A stretch of DNA of 64,000 nt from Candidatus Spongiisociaceae bacterium (GTDB lineage: Bacteria; Actinomycetota; Acidimicrobiia; Spongiisociales; Spongiisociaceae). The stretch spans positions 192,001 through 256,000 of the forward strand of contig OZ241841.1 in the NCBI GenBank assembly GCA_965202665.1. The letters are read 5' to 3'. The notes under the pieces are model-generated. The model made no database searches. It was not told the origin of the DNA and worked only from the letters and a program-made list of their open reading frames with translations. Of the stretch, positions 12,291 through 20,936 are shown in pieces. Within the stretch, counting starts at the first letter, position 1; every line of letters begins with the position of its first letter. The position numbers and the translations under genes were made by a program.

Positions 12291-12436
12291 TGATACCCGC
12301 ATGGACCAAGAATCTGGAGGAGTTAGCTAAGGACTTAGTAGGAGATGTATCTAATATTCATTGGCCAGCCGACCGAAAGATAATCCATGACACAGTTTGG
12401 GGTACTCGGTCCCTCGAAAGCTGGGATGCCCTATAA
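12290..12436 (+). pseudogene. 48-codon remnant resembling the N-terminus of an HD-domain (SAMHD1/YwfO-like) phosphohydrolase
   Basis: Not in ORF track; TAATG-coupled to upstream gene; MIPAWTKNLEELAKDLVGDVSNIHWPADRKIIHDTVWGTRSLESWDAL*, where KIIHDTVWG matches the family's N-terminal K.I.D.(V/I)(H/W)G motif. Confidence 0.5.
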
Positions 12437-12494
12437 ATCTGAAGGGCCATTAGAACACCGATTCCTACCACAATGCACAGACCCCTCGAACAAA

Positions 12495-13325
12495 TTAGGG
12501 TATTATAGGACTAGTACTGTAAGGCCTTTCCGGCATGGGCAGTAGACGACCACTTCCCTTTTCATTATAATACTTATCATCTAGTAGCCAGTGATATAAA
12601 TTAGCATATAGATAATCTGGGTGGATTTTAATCCCGGCACCACCATAACGATCTCTATGTCGGTGAACAAGAGGAAGTATGTGCTGATTAAAAACTGGAG
12701 GTGAATAGATATTTTCTCCGCATACATAAGAAAGTGTACACGATGTAACCACATCTGCTAATTGTAGTAATCTATGATGATGAGATGGAGCAGTAACTAC
12801 ATTAGGGGTAATTTTTTTCATATCTTCAAAAGGAGTCCCTTCGGCTATCAACTTCTTGCAATTATCTAATAATTCTTTGATCTCTCTAGGCCCACCGCCA
12901 GGCTGATCAGAAATCACAAATGAAGAAGAATCAAGCCTATTGATACGCTCGAGCAGTGTGACGAAAGTTGCAAACTTATGATCTGACAAACCATTTACTA
13001 TCGGCGTAGATCTCATATTAGATATAATAACTAAAGCCTTGACATCAGATTGTTTGGCCAAAGACAGAATTTTTATAAAAAATCCGGCACGATTAGGGAG
13101 AGCACGGAAACGAGAATGGTTTTTCTTTTTCTTCTTAGGAGACCACTTGAACTCGTCACTAGTTGAGAGCCCGTAACTATGGCAGGTGTCCTCTATTTGT
13201 TTTTCGAGGATGGCGACTGCATCGTGGGGAACCACAACTCCGCCCGTGGCAACCAAAGGTTCAGATTCCAATCCAGGGCGGGTTGGATTGTTCTGCTGAG
13301 CATCATCTACGAACACGAGGTTCAT
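12495..13325 (-). CDS. DUF3800 family protein (RNase H-like fold)
   Basis: N-terminal FVDDA, central ISDQ, LLQLADVV motif; AT-rich; GGAGGAGG RBS, ATGA overlap with ribF stop. Confidence 0.8.
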   Translation of the reverse strand: MNLVFVDDAQQNNPTRPGLESEPLVATGGVVVPHDAVAILEKQIEDTCHSYGLSTSDEFKWSPKKKKKNHSRFRALPNRAGFFIKILSLAKQSDVKALVIISNMRSTPIVNGLSDHKFATFVTLLERINRLDSSSFVISDQPGGGPREIKELLDNCKKLIAEGTPFEDMKKITPNVVTAPSHHHRLLQLADVVTSCTLSYVCGENIYSPPVFNQHILPLVHRHRDRYGGAGIKIHPDYLYANLYHWLLDDKYYNEKGSGRLLPMPERPYSTSPIIP

Positions 13326-14287
13326 GGTCCTCCTCCTTTTTTCCTAGCATAGCACATGAGGAGGGGGCGGGCTTGGGTTATGTCTTTTTTTATTTGGGTT
13401 GTTAGGGCTTCTATGTTGGGGAAGGTGCGTTCGGGGCGGAGGCGAGAGACGAAGCGGACGGTTATTTTCCGTCCGTATAAATCGCCGCTCCAGTCTAGGA
13501 TGTGCAGTTCTAGGACTTCGGGGGCGGTTCCGGTGGTGAAGGTGGGGCGGACTCCGATGTTGCACACCGCAGGCAACCCGCCTTCTCCTTCCACCTCCGC
13601 TCGCACCGCGTACACTCCTCGGCCGGGAACCGCCGACTCTGGGTCCACCGTCAGGTTGGCGGTGGGGAAACCGATGGACGCCCCCCGGCCGTCGCCGCCC
13701 GCTACCGTACCCGGGACTTCGTGCTCGCGTCCTAGCAGCCGGGCCGCCTCCTCCGCCTTCCCTTCGGTTACCAGGCGCCGAATCATGGAAGAAGAAATGG
13801 GTCCTCCGTCCTCCTCCAACAACCGCACCGCCGCCACCTCGAACTCGAAACGCTCCCCCGCCCGGCGCAAGGTTTCCACATCGCCCGCTCGGTCCCGCCC
13901 GTATCGGAAATCGGTTCCCACCGTCACCAGGCGGACGGCCAAACCTTCCACCAGAACCTCCCGCACGAACCGTTCCGGCGGAACATCCCTCACCTGGGCG
14001 AAAGGCAGCACCCCCACCTCCTCCACCCCCAGCCCGGCCAACAGTTCAACCCGCCGGGAAAGGACCGTCAAAAGTTTGGGCGCCCGCTCCGGGGCCACCA
14101 CCGACAAAGGATGAACGTCGAAGGTGAGGGCGACCTCGGTCAACCCGCCCAAGAGCCGGCCCCGCTCCGACGCCCCCGCCAGCACCGCCTGATGCCCGCG
14201 ATGCACCCCGTCGAACACGCCGATGGTCACCGCCGTCCGGCCCGCCGCCAAAGGGGCCGCCAGCGGAAGCTCCAGCCAAAAAGTCAC
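13322..14287 (-). CDS. ribF: Bifunctional riboflavin kinase/FAD synthetase
   Basis: IGVFDGVHRGHQ, ISSS.IR, GFPTANL, NIGVRPTF; GTG start at 14287. Confidence 0.96.
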   Translation of the reverse strand: MTFWLELPLAAPLAAGRTAVTIGVFDGVHRGHQAVLAGASERGRLLGGLTEVALTFDVHPLSVVAPERAPKLLTVLSRRVELLAGLGVEEVGVLPFAQVRDVPPERFVREVLVEGLAVRLVTVGTDFRYGRDRAGDVETLRRAGERFEFEVAAVRLLEEDGGPISSSMIRRLVTEGKAEEAARLLGREHEVPGTVAGGDGRGASIGFPTANLTVDPESAVPGRGVYAVRAEVEGEGGLPAVCNIGVRPTFTTGTAPEVLELHILDWSGDLYGRKITVRFVSRLRPERTFPNIEALTTQIKKDITQARPLLMCYARKKGGGP

Positions 14288-15240
14288 GCCAGCACCACCT
14301 CGGGAACCAGGTCGGACTCCCGCTGACGGTAAATGGCCAGCAAACGGCCGCCGGACGCGATCCGCACCATCGGCCCCGGGTCGGGCGGCGGGACGCCCTC
14401 CCAATCCCATTCATCGGGCGGCCGCACCGGCAACCGGGAGCGCTCCCGGCCGGTGAAGGGGCGGCCGTGGGCCACCAGGGCCGCCGTCTCCTCGTCCGCC
14501 TCCGCCGCTGGCAGGTGGGACAAGGCCCGGTGGGGGGAAACCACCGCCCGTTGCAACGAACCCTCCTCCCCCAAACGGGACAACTCCTCCAACGTGAAGG
14601 CGTCGGCTTCGGTCAACGGCCCGGCGCGGGTGCGGCGCAGGGCGGTCAGATGGGCCCGGCCCCCCAGCGCCCGGGCCGCGTCGTCGGCCAACGACCGCAC
14701 GTAGCATCCCGCCCCGCACGCCACCCGCAGCCCCGCCTCCGGGAAGCCGGGCCTGTCCTCCGTGAAACTCTCCAACATCAGGCTGTAGATGGTCACCGGA
14801 CGGGCCGGCCGCTCCACCTCCACCCCGGACCGGGCTAAATCGTACAGCCTCCTCCCCTCCGATTTCAAGGCGGAAACCATGGGCGGAACCTGCATGATAT
14901 CGCCGGTCAAACCGGGCAGTACCCGCTCCACGTCGGCCGCCGAAACGCGCATCGGCTCCTCGGATGTCACCTCGCCTGCGGCGTCCAAAGTGTCGGTGGC
15001 CACCCCCAGCCGGGCGGCGGCGACGTACTCCTTGGGGAGGGCGGTTACGAACCGCAACAGGCGGGTGGCCCGGCCCAAACCCAACGTCAACAGGCCGGTG
15101 GCCATCGGATCCAAAGTTCCGGCATGGCCGATTTTTTTCATCCCGAAAATCCGCCGGACGGCGGCCACCGCCCCGTGCGAGGACATCCCGGCCGGTTTGT
15201 CCACCACCGCCAACCCCGCCAACGGGACCGGCCCCGGCAC
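14284..15240 (-). CDS. truB: tRNA pseudouridine(55) synthase
   Basis: DKPAGMSSH, GHAGTLDPMATG, QVPPMVSALK. Confidence 0.96.
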   Translation of the reverse strand: MPGPVPLAGLAVVDKPAGMSSHGAVAAVRRIFGMKKIGHAGTLDPMATGLLTLGLGRATRLLRFVTALPKEYVAAARLGVATDTLDAAGEVTSEEPMRVSAADVERVLPGLTGDIMQVPPMVSALKSEGRRLYDLARSGVEVERPARPVTIYSLMLESFTEDRPGFPEAGLRVACGAGCYVRSLADDAARALGGRAHLTALRRTRAGPLTEADAFTLEELSRLGEEGSLQRAVVSPHRALSHLPAAEADEETAALVAHGRPFTGRERSRLPVRPPDEWDWEGVPPPDPGPMVRIASGGRLLAIYRQRESDLVPEVVLA

Positions 15241-15252
15241 GCCGCCCCGCCC

Positions 15253-16230
15253 CTAGCCGTCGCCGGCCAGCGACCGGCGGACATAGGAAACCACTTCCTC
15301 CATCCCCCCCCGGCAGTGGAAACCGGCCGCCCGCGCATGGCCGCCGCCGCCCATGCCCCGGGCGATGGCCGCCACGTCCACCCTCCCCCGCGAACGCAGG
15401 CTGGCCCCCCATTTCCCATCCGGGCGTTCCTTGACCAGCAAGGCCACCTCCGCCTCCCGGGCGGCCCGGATGTCGTCGATCAACCCGTCCGCCTCCTCCA
15501 CCGCCAAACCGCGGCGGCGCAGATCGTCCTGGGTGTAAAACGACCATACCAGTGAAAACTCCTCCTCCAGCGCCGCCCGGGACAGCACCTCCCCCGCCAG
15601 CCCAAGGAAAGGAAACGGGGCCGACTGGTAGACGGCCTGGCAGATCACCTCCGGGCGGGCCCCCATCTCCACCAGCCCGGCCGCCCCGGCCAAAGTGGCG
15701 GCGGTGGTGTTGGAATACTGGAAACGACCGGTGTCGGTGATGACCCCCAGCAGCAGGGCGTCCGCTATCGGGGGGGTGATTTCCCAACCAAGAGCCTCCA
15801 GCAACCGGCGGCACAGCTCGGCGGCGGCCGCCGCCGACGGATCCACCACCCGCACCTCCCCGAACTCCGCCTCCCCCAGGTGATGGTCGATCACCACCAC
15901 CGTGGCGGCCCGCTCCGCCACCTGCGACATCTCCCCGATCCGCTCCAAGTCGGCCACGTCGAAGACGACCAGGGCATCCGGGGAATCCATCACCTCCCCC
16001 GGTTCCGTCAACGGGGACAAATCCAAAAAGCCGTAGAAGCCGGGCAGGACGAACCCGCCTCCGAAGGCCGCCTGCGCCTCCAAACCGGCCCGCCGGGCGG
16101 CCAACGTCAAAGCCAAAGCCGACCCCAGGGCATCGCCGTCCGGGTTGACGTGGCCGGTGGCCACCAGCGAACCAGCGGAGCCGATCACCGCCGCCGCCCT
16201 CTCCAAACCGGCGGCCGCCGCCTCCTTCAT
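15253..16230 (-). CDS. nrnA: DHH-family oligoribonuclease/pAp phosphatase
   Basis: HVNPDGDALGS, IDHH, DTGRF, GGGGH..AAG; between rbfA and truB. Confidence 0.9.
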   Translation of the reverse strand: MKEAAAAGLERAAAVIGSAGSLVATGHVNPDGDALGSALALTLAARRAGLEAQAAFGGGFVLPGFYGFLDLSPLTEPGEVMDSPDALVVFDVADLERIGEMSQVAERAATVVVIDHHLGEAEFGEVRVVDPSAAAAAELCRRLLEALGWEITPPIADALLLGVITDTGRFQYSNTTAATLAGAAGLVEMGARPEVICQAVYQSAPFPFLGLAGEVLSRAALEEEFSLVWSFYTQDDLRRRGLAVEEADGLIDDIRAAREAEVALLVKERPDGKWGASLRSRGRVDVAAIARGMGGGGHARAAGFHCRGGMEEVVSYVRRSLAGDG

Positions 16231-16616
16231 CCCGCCTCCCCGTTCGATCGCCGTCCCTCCCCGCCCGGAGACTCCGAATCCTGTTCCAAGCCGCGCAGGA
16301 TGCTTTCGATGCGCCGACCGTGCTCCAAGGCCGGATCCGGTTGAAAATGCAGTGCGGGCAGGTATTTCATCCGCACCTGCCCCCCCACCGCCGCCCGGAT
16401 GCGGGGGGCGGCCCCCGACAGGGCGGCGGCGGCCGCGGTCTGCGCCCGCTCGTCTCCCAAAACCGAATAGTAGACGGTGGCGTTGCGCAGGTCGGGCGAG
16501 GCGGACACGCCGGTGATGGTCAGAAAACCGAGCCGGGGGTCGGTCAGGGCGCGGCACTCGTCGGCGATCACCTCCCGCAGGATGCCGTTCACCCGTCGCA
16601 TGCGCCGGTTGCTCAC
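16227..16616 (-). CDS. rbfA: Ribosome-binding factor A
   Basis: DPRLGFLTITGV...PDL..A.VY; P.L.F..D. Confidence 0.95.
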   Translation of the reverse strand: MSNRRMRRVNGILREVIADECRALTDPRLGFLTITGVSASPDLRNATVYYSVLGDERAQTAAAAALSGAAPRIRAAVGGQVRMKYLPALHFQPDPALEHGRRIESILRGLEQDSESPGGEGRRSNGEAG

Positions 16617-16906
16617 AGCGGTTCCTCCAGGTAGGACACCCGCACCGCCAGCACCTCCGCCTCCTCCCACCTCTCCAAAAAACGGCGAACCGAATGGATG
16701 GCCATGTCCAACTGCGGGGCGTGCGGGGAAACCAAGCCCAGGCCGAGGGCCGCCCGTTGCCACTGGTCCTGGTGGTCCACTTCCGCTACGGCAACCGGGA
16801 ACGACTTGCGCAAGTCGGCGGACAGCCGGGACAGGCGCCGCCGTTTGGCTTTCAACGACCGGACGTCGGCCAGCCGCAGATCGACCCGGAGAGCAGCCGC
16901 GTGCAA
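16613..16906 (-). CDS. DUF503 (YlxP-like) protein
   Basis: SLKAKR...F.V.VAEVDHQD.WQRA; typical position after infB. Confidence 0.88.
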   Translation of the reverse strand: MHAAALRVDLRLADVRSLKAKRRRLSRLSADLRKSFPVAVAEVDHQDQWQRAALGLGLVSPHAPQLDMAIHSVRRFLERWEEAEVLAVRVSYLEEPL

Positions 16907-16922
16907 TTCGACCCCCCGCCGG

Positions 16923-19004
16923 TCACGTGGCTGCTATCTCGTCTACGCGGTAGGCCTCGATGACATCGCCTTCTTTGACGTCCCGGAAGCGCTCCAGGCC
17001 GATGCCGCATTCAAAACCGGCGGACACTTCGGCCACGTCGTCTTTGAAACGCTTCAACGAACCCGCTTTGCCGTCGTAGATCACCACCCCGTCCCGCAAC
17101 AACCGCACCGGGGAATCGCGCGTTATCATCCCTTCGGTCACGTAGCAACCGGCCACCGACCCCCACCGGGGCACACGGAACACGGCCCTCACCTCGGCCG
17201 AGCCCAGCAACTGCTCCACCTCTTCGGGGGCGATGCGGCCGGTCAGCAACCGCTTCAAATCATCCAACAGTTCGTAGATAATGGAATAGGTGCGGATTTC
17301 CACTCCCGCTCGGCCCGCCGCCCGGCGGGCGTTGCCGTCGGGACGGACGTTGAAACCGACCACCACCGCCTCGGCCGCATCCGCCAAACGCACATCGTTT
17401 TCGGTGATCCCGCCCACTGCGGCGTGCAACGTGGTGATCCGCCCCCCGGACAGATCCAACTTGCCCACCGCGTCCCGGATGGCGCCCACCGAACCGTCGG
17501 CGTCCGCTTTCACCACCAAGTTAAGTTCAGCCTGCTCCTCCGCCCGCAACTGCTCCAACAGCCGGCCCAGACGTTGACGGGCGGTGGGCACCACCAGATC
17601 CCGGGCCCGGTCGTCGGCCACCTGCTCGGCGGCCTTGGCCCGGGCTGCCCGATCGTCGGCTGCCTTTTCGAACAGCTCCCCCGCCGCCGGAACCCCCGAC
17701 CATCCGGACACCAGGACCGGGACTGAAGGGCCGGCCGCGGCGATCCTCTCCCCTTTGTCGTCGATCATCAACCGCACCCGGCCGCTCACCGGCCCGGCCG
17801 CCAGCGAATCGCCTTTTTTGAGCGTGCCCCGTTGGATGATGACGGTGGCTACCGCCCCCATTCCCTTGTCCAAACGGCTTTCGATCACCACCCCGGAGGC
17901 GGGGGCGTCCGGATTGGCTTTTAATTCCGCCACTTGGGCGTGCAAATCGATCATCTCCAGCAGGATGTCCACGCCCCGGCCGTTCCGGGCGGAAAGTTCC
18001 ACCGCCACCACCTCGCCGCCCAACTCTTCGGCGACCACCCCGTGTTCGGTGAGCATGGCCCGCACCCGCACCGGATCGGCCCCTTCCGCGTCTATCTTGT
18101 TGATGGCCACGATCATCGGCGCCCCGGCCGCCCGGGCGTGGCTGATGGCTTCCACCGTTTGCGGCATCACCCCGTCGTCGGCGGCCACCACCAGCACCAC
18201 GATGTCGGTCACTTCCGCCCCCCGGGCCCGCATGGCCGTAAAAGCTTCGTGTCCCGGGGTGTCTATGAAAGTCAGCCGGTTTCCCCCCGACTCCACCTGA
18301 TAGGCGCCGATGTGCTGCGTGATGCCGCCCGCCTCTTCTGCGGCCGCGTTGGAATTGCGGATGGCGTCCAGCAAAGTGGTTTTGCCGTGATCCACATGCC
18401 CCATGACCGTCACCACCGGCGGGCGCGCCGCCAAATCATCGGAATGGTCGTCGAACACCCGCCGGGCGCGCACCAGCACCTGCTCGGTTTCCGCCACTTG
18501 CGCCTGTTCCACTTCCACCAAGAATCCGAAGAACTCCCCCAACGGCTCGATGGCTTCCTCCGGAACGGGTGCGGCGGCGGCGGCCATGAACCCCATGGAC
18601 AGCAGGCGGCGAATGACCTCGCCCACCGGCCGGTGGATGGCTTGCGCGAACTCCTGAACCGAAACGTCGGAGGAAACGGTCAGCAGTTCCACTTCCTCCG
18701 GAATCGGCTCCGGCTCTTCCCTTTCCCGCTCCCGAGAGGCCTGCTCGGCTTCAAAAGCCCGCACCGCGGCCGCGGCGGCGGCGGCTTCCTCCTCCGCGGT
18801 AAGGGGAGGGGCGGGGGGCGGGGGCGGCTCCGGTTCGACGGGGGCGGCGGGCATGAAAGCGGCCCGCACCGACTCCACTTGGGATTCGTTCAGGCTGGAG
18901 GAGGCGGTGGTGGACGGAAAGCCCAGCTCCTGCGCTTTGGCCAGAACCGCCTTGGAGGTAAGTCCTAACGTTTTGGCCAACTCATGGATTCTGATGTTGG
19001 CCAC
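16923..19004 (-). CDS. infB: Translation initiation factor IF-2
   Basis: RPPVVTVMGHVDHGKTTLLD, GGITQHIGAY, DTPGHEAF, SLKRFKDD. Confidence 0.99.
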   Translation of the reverse strand: MANIRIHELAKTLGLTSKAVLAKAQELGFPSTTASSSLNESQVESVRAAFMPAAPVEPEPPPPPAPPLTAEEEAAAAAAAVRAFEAEQASREREREEPEPIPEEVELLTVSSDVSVQEFAQAIHRPVGEVIRRLLSMGFMAAAAAPVPEEAIEPLGEFFGFLVEVEQAQVAETEQVLVRARRVFDDHSDDLAARPPVVTVMGHVDHGKTTLLDAIRNSNAAAEEAGGITQHIGAYQVESGGNRLTFIDTPGHEAFTAMRARGAEVTDIVVLVVAADDGVMPQTVEAISHARAAGAPMIVAINKIDAEGADPVRVRAMLTEHGVVAEELGGEVVAVELSARNGRGVDILLEMIDLHAQVAELKANPDAPASGVVIESRLDKGMGAVATVIIQRGTLKKGDSLAAGPVSGRVRLMIDDKGERIAAAGPSVPVLVSGWSGVPAAGELFEKAADDRAARAKAAEQVADDRARDLVVPTARQRLGRLLEQLRAEEQAELNLVVKADADGSVGAIRDAVGKLDLSGGRITTLHAAVGGITENDVRLADAAEAVVVGFNVRPDGNARRAAGRAGVEIRTYSIIYELLDDLKRLLTGRIAPEEVEQLLGSAEVRAVFRVPRWGSVAGCYVTEGMITRDSPVRLLRDGVVIYDGKAGSLKRFKDDVAEVSAGFECGIGLERFRDVKEGDVIEAYRVDEIAAT

Positions 19005-20227
19005 TAGGGAGCCGCTACCTCCTCCGAATCATCCGCCGCAACCCGCCGTCCGGCCGGTTCGGGGACGGCGGCTTCTTCGGCCTCGTTGATGCCGGCGGCT
19101 ACCTGGGCCGCGGGCGGGTTGGGTTCCGCGGGGGCGGGAGGGGGTTCTTCTTCCGCAACGGGCGGCTCCGGCGGGGGAGCCTCGGCCGGGGGCGGGGCGG
19201 GGGTTTCCCCGCCCGAACGGGGGGCGTCCGCGGCGGGGGTCCCCCGTTCCGGACGGGGGCCGTCGCTGCGGATGTCGATCTTGTAGCCGGTGAGCCGGGC
19301 GGCCAACCGGGCGTTCTGGCCTTCCCGGCCGATGGCCAGCGACAACTGGTGTTCGCTTACCACCACCACCGCCGTCTTCTCCGTCCGGTTGACCTGCACG
19401 TCCCGCACCTTGGCCGGGCCGAGGGCCTCCACGATGAAATGGGCCGGGTCTTCCTGCCACTGCACCACGTCCACTTTTTCGCCCCGCAGTTCGTTCACCA
19501 CGTTGCGCACCCTCCGCCCCTGGGCGCCCACGCAGGCCCCCTTCGGGTCCACGTTGAGATCGTTGGAAATGACCGCCAGCTTGGTGCGGTGGCCCGCCTC
19601 CCGGGCGATGGACTTGATCTGCACCGTTCCGTCCAGCAACTCCGGCACTTCTATTTCCAGCATTCGCCGCACCAAATCGGGATGGGAGCGGGACACCACC
19701 ACCTGGGCCCCTTTGGCCTCCCGGTTCACCTCCACAATGAGGGCTTTGACCCTGGCCCCGCGCTCCAACCGCTCGAAGGGAATCCGCTCCGAGCCGGGCA
19801 TGATCGCCTCGGCGTCTCCCAAGTCGATGATGGTGGCCCGGTTTTCATGCTGTTGCACCATGCCGGTGACCAGATCCCCTTCCCGGCCCTCGTATCGATT
19901 GAACACCTGCTCCCGTTTGGTCTGCCGCAGCATCTGGGACATCACCTGTTTGGCGGTGGTGGCGGCGATGCGTCCGAAGTCGCGGGGCGGATCCTCCCAT
20001 TCCCGCACCACGTTGCCCTCCTCGTCCAGTTCCTGGGCGTAAATGGTTATTTCTATTCCGTTGTCGTCCGGCGCGATGGTTACCCGGGCTTCCTCCGCCG
20101 CGCCCGGACTTCGTTTATAGGCCGATACGAAAGCGTTGGCCAAAGCTTCCAAAATGTCATCCACCGGGATGCCCCGTTCCCGCCCCAGGGTTTCCAAAGC
20201 CTCGATGACCTGGTAGTCCATCTTCAT
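19004..20227 (-). CDS. nusA: Transcription factor NusA
   Basis: FGRIAA, AREAG.RTK, GACVG..G.RV, SLAIGREGQNARLAARLTG; Pro/Ala/Glu-rich tail. Confidence 0.98.
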   Translation of the reverse strand: MKMDYQVIEALETLGRERGIPVDDILEALANAFVSAYKRSPGAAEEARVTIAPDDNGIEITIYAQELDEEGNVVREWEDPPRDFGRIAATTAKQVMSQMLRQTKREQVFNRYEGREGDLVTGMVQQHENRATIIDLGDAEAIMPGSERIPFERLERGARVKALIVEVNREAKGAQVVVSRSHPDLVRRMLEIEVPELLDGTVQIKSIAREAGHRTKLAVISNDLNVDPKGACVGAQGRRVRNVVNELRGEKVDVVQWQEDPAHFIVEALGPAKVRDVQVNRTEKTAVVVVSEHQLSLAIGREGQNARLAARLTGYKIDIRSDGPRPERGTPAADAPRSGGETPAPPPAEAPPPEPPVAEEEPPPAPAEPNPPAAQVAAGINEAEEAAVPEPAGRRVAADDSEEVAAP

Positions 20228-20231
20228 AACA

Positions 20232-20720
20232 TCACCTCTTCTGTCCCGGTTTGGCGGGTTTTTTCCATTCGAACACCGTGCGGGCGGCCGCCACTTGGGC
20301 GTAGGCGATGCGCCGGGATTCGGAGCCGACCCGTATCACGAACCCGTCCGGCTCCGCCGCCTCCAGCACGCCCTGATGATGGGTTTGCCCCCCCACCTCG
20401 CAGGTGGTGCTGACCTTGACGTCGCTCCCCACCGACTTTTCGTAGTGGCGGGGGCGGCGCAGTTTCCGTTCCAGACCGGGGGAGGTGACCTCCAACGTGT
20501 AGGAATTCTGGAACATGTCCCGCTCGTCCAGCAAACGGGACAGGGCCTGCGATACGCCGGACAGCCGGTCCACGTCCACTCCCCGCCGCCCGGCCTCCCC
20601 GTCCACGGTCACCTTTACCAGGCGCGGCCCGTCGCCCGCCACCTCCAGGTCGTCCAGTTCCAGTCCGACTCCGTCCAGGTAATCTTCGCACAGCGACCAC
20701 AGTTGGTCGGTGTTGGCCAC
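20232..20720 (-). CDS. rimP: Ribosome maturation factor RimP
   Basis: YTLEVTSPGLERKL; first gene of nusA operon; GTG start 20720 inferred. Confidence 0.92.
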   Translation of the reverse strand: MANTDQLWSLCEDYLDGVGLELDDLEVAGDGPRLVKVTVDGEAGRRGVDVDRLSGVSQALSRLLDERDMFQNSYTLEVTSPGLERKLRRPRHYEKSVGSDVKVSTTCEVGGQTHHQGVLEAAEPDGFVIRVGSESRRIAYAQVAAARTVFEWKKPAKPGQKR

Positions 20721-20789
20721 GACGCCGTCCTCTCTGCGCCCGGTTTGCCGGGCATTGCGCGCGCAGACGCCGGCGTCCTTTCCCGCAAA

Positions 20790-20820
20790 GAAAAAGGGCG
20801 GGCGCGCCCGCCCACCCCGA
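20790..20820 (-). promoter_or_regulatory. rimP leader hairpin (terminator-like)
   Basis: Minus strand GGGGTGGGCGGGC-GC-GCCCGCCC-TTTTT, matching the GGG..CCC rimP-leader hairpin; TATACT -10 upstream near 20856-20861. Confidence 0.7.
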
Positions 20821-20936
20821 CGGAACCGGAAGCCGCGTCTGACGTTTACCGGGCCAGTATAGCAAACTCCGCGACCGGTTTCCGCCGCGCCGGCCAAGCG
20901 GGGCGATTTACCCGGCCGGGGGCCGTCGGGAACTAA

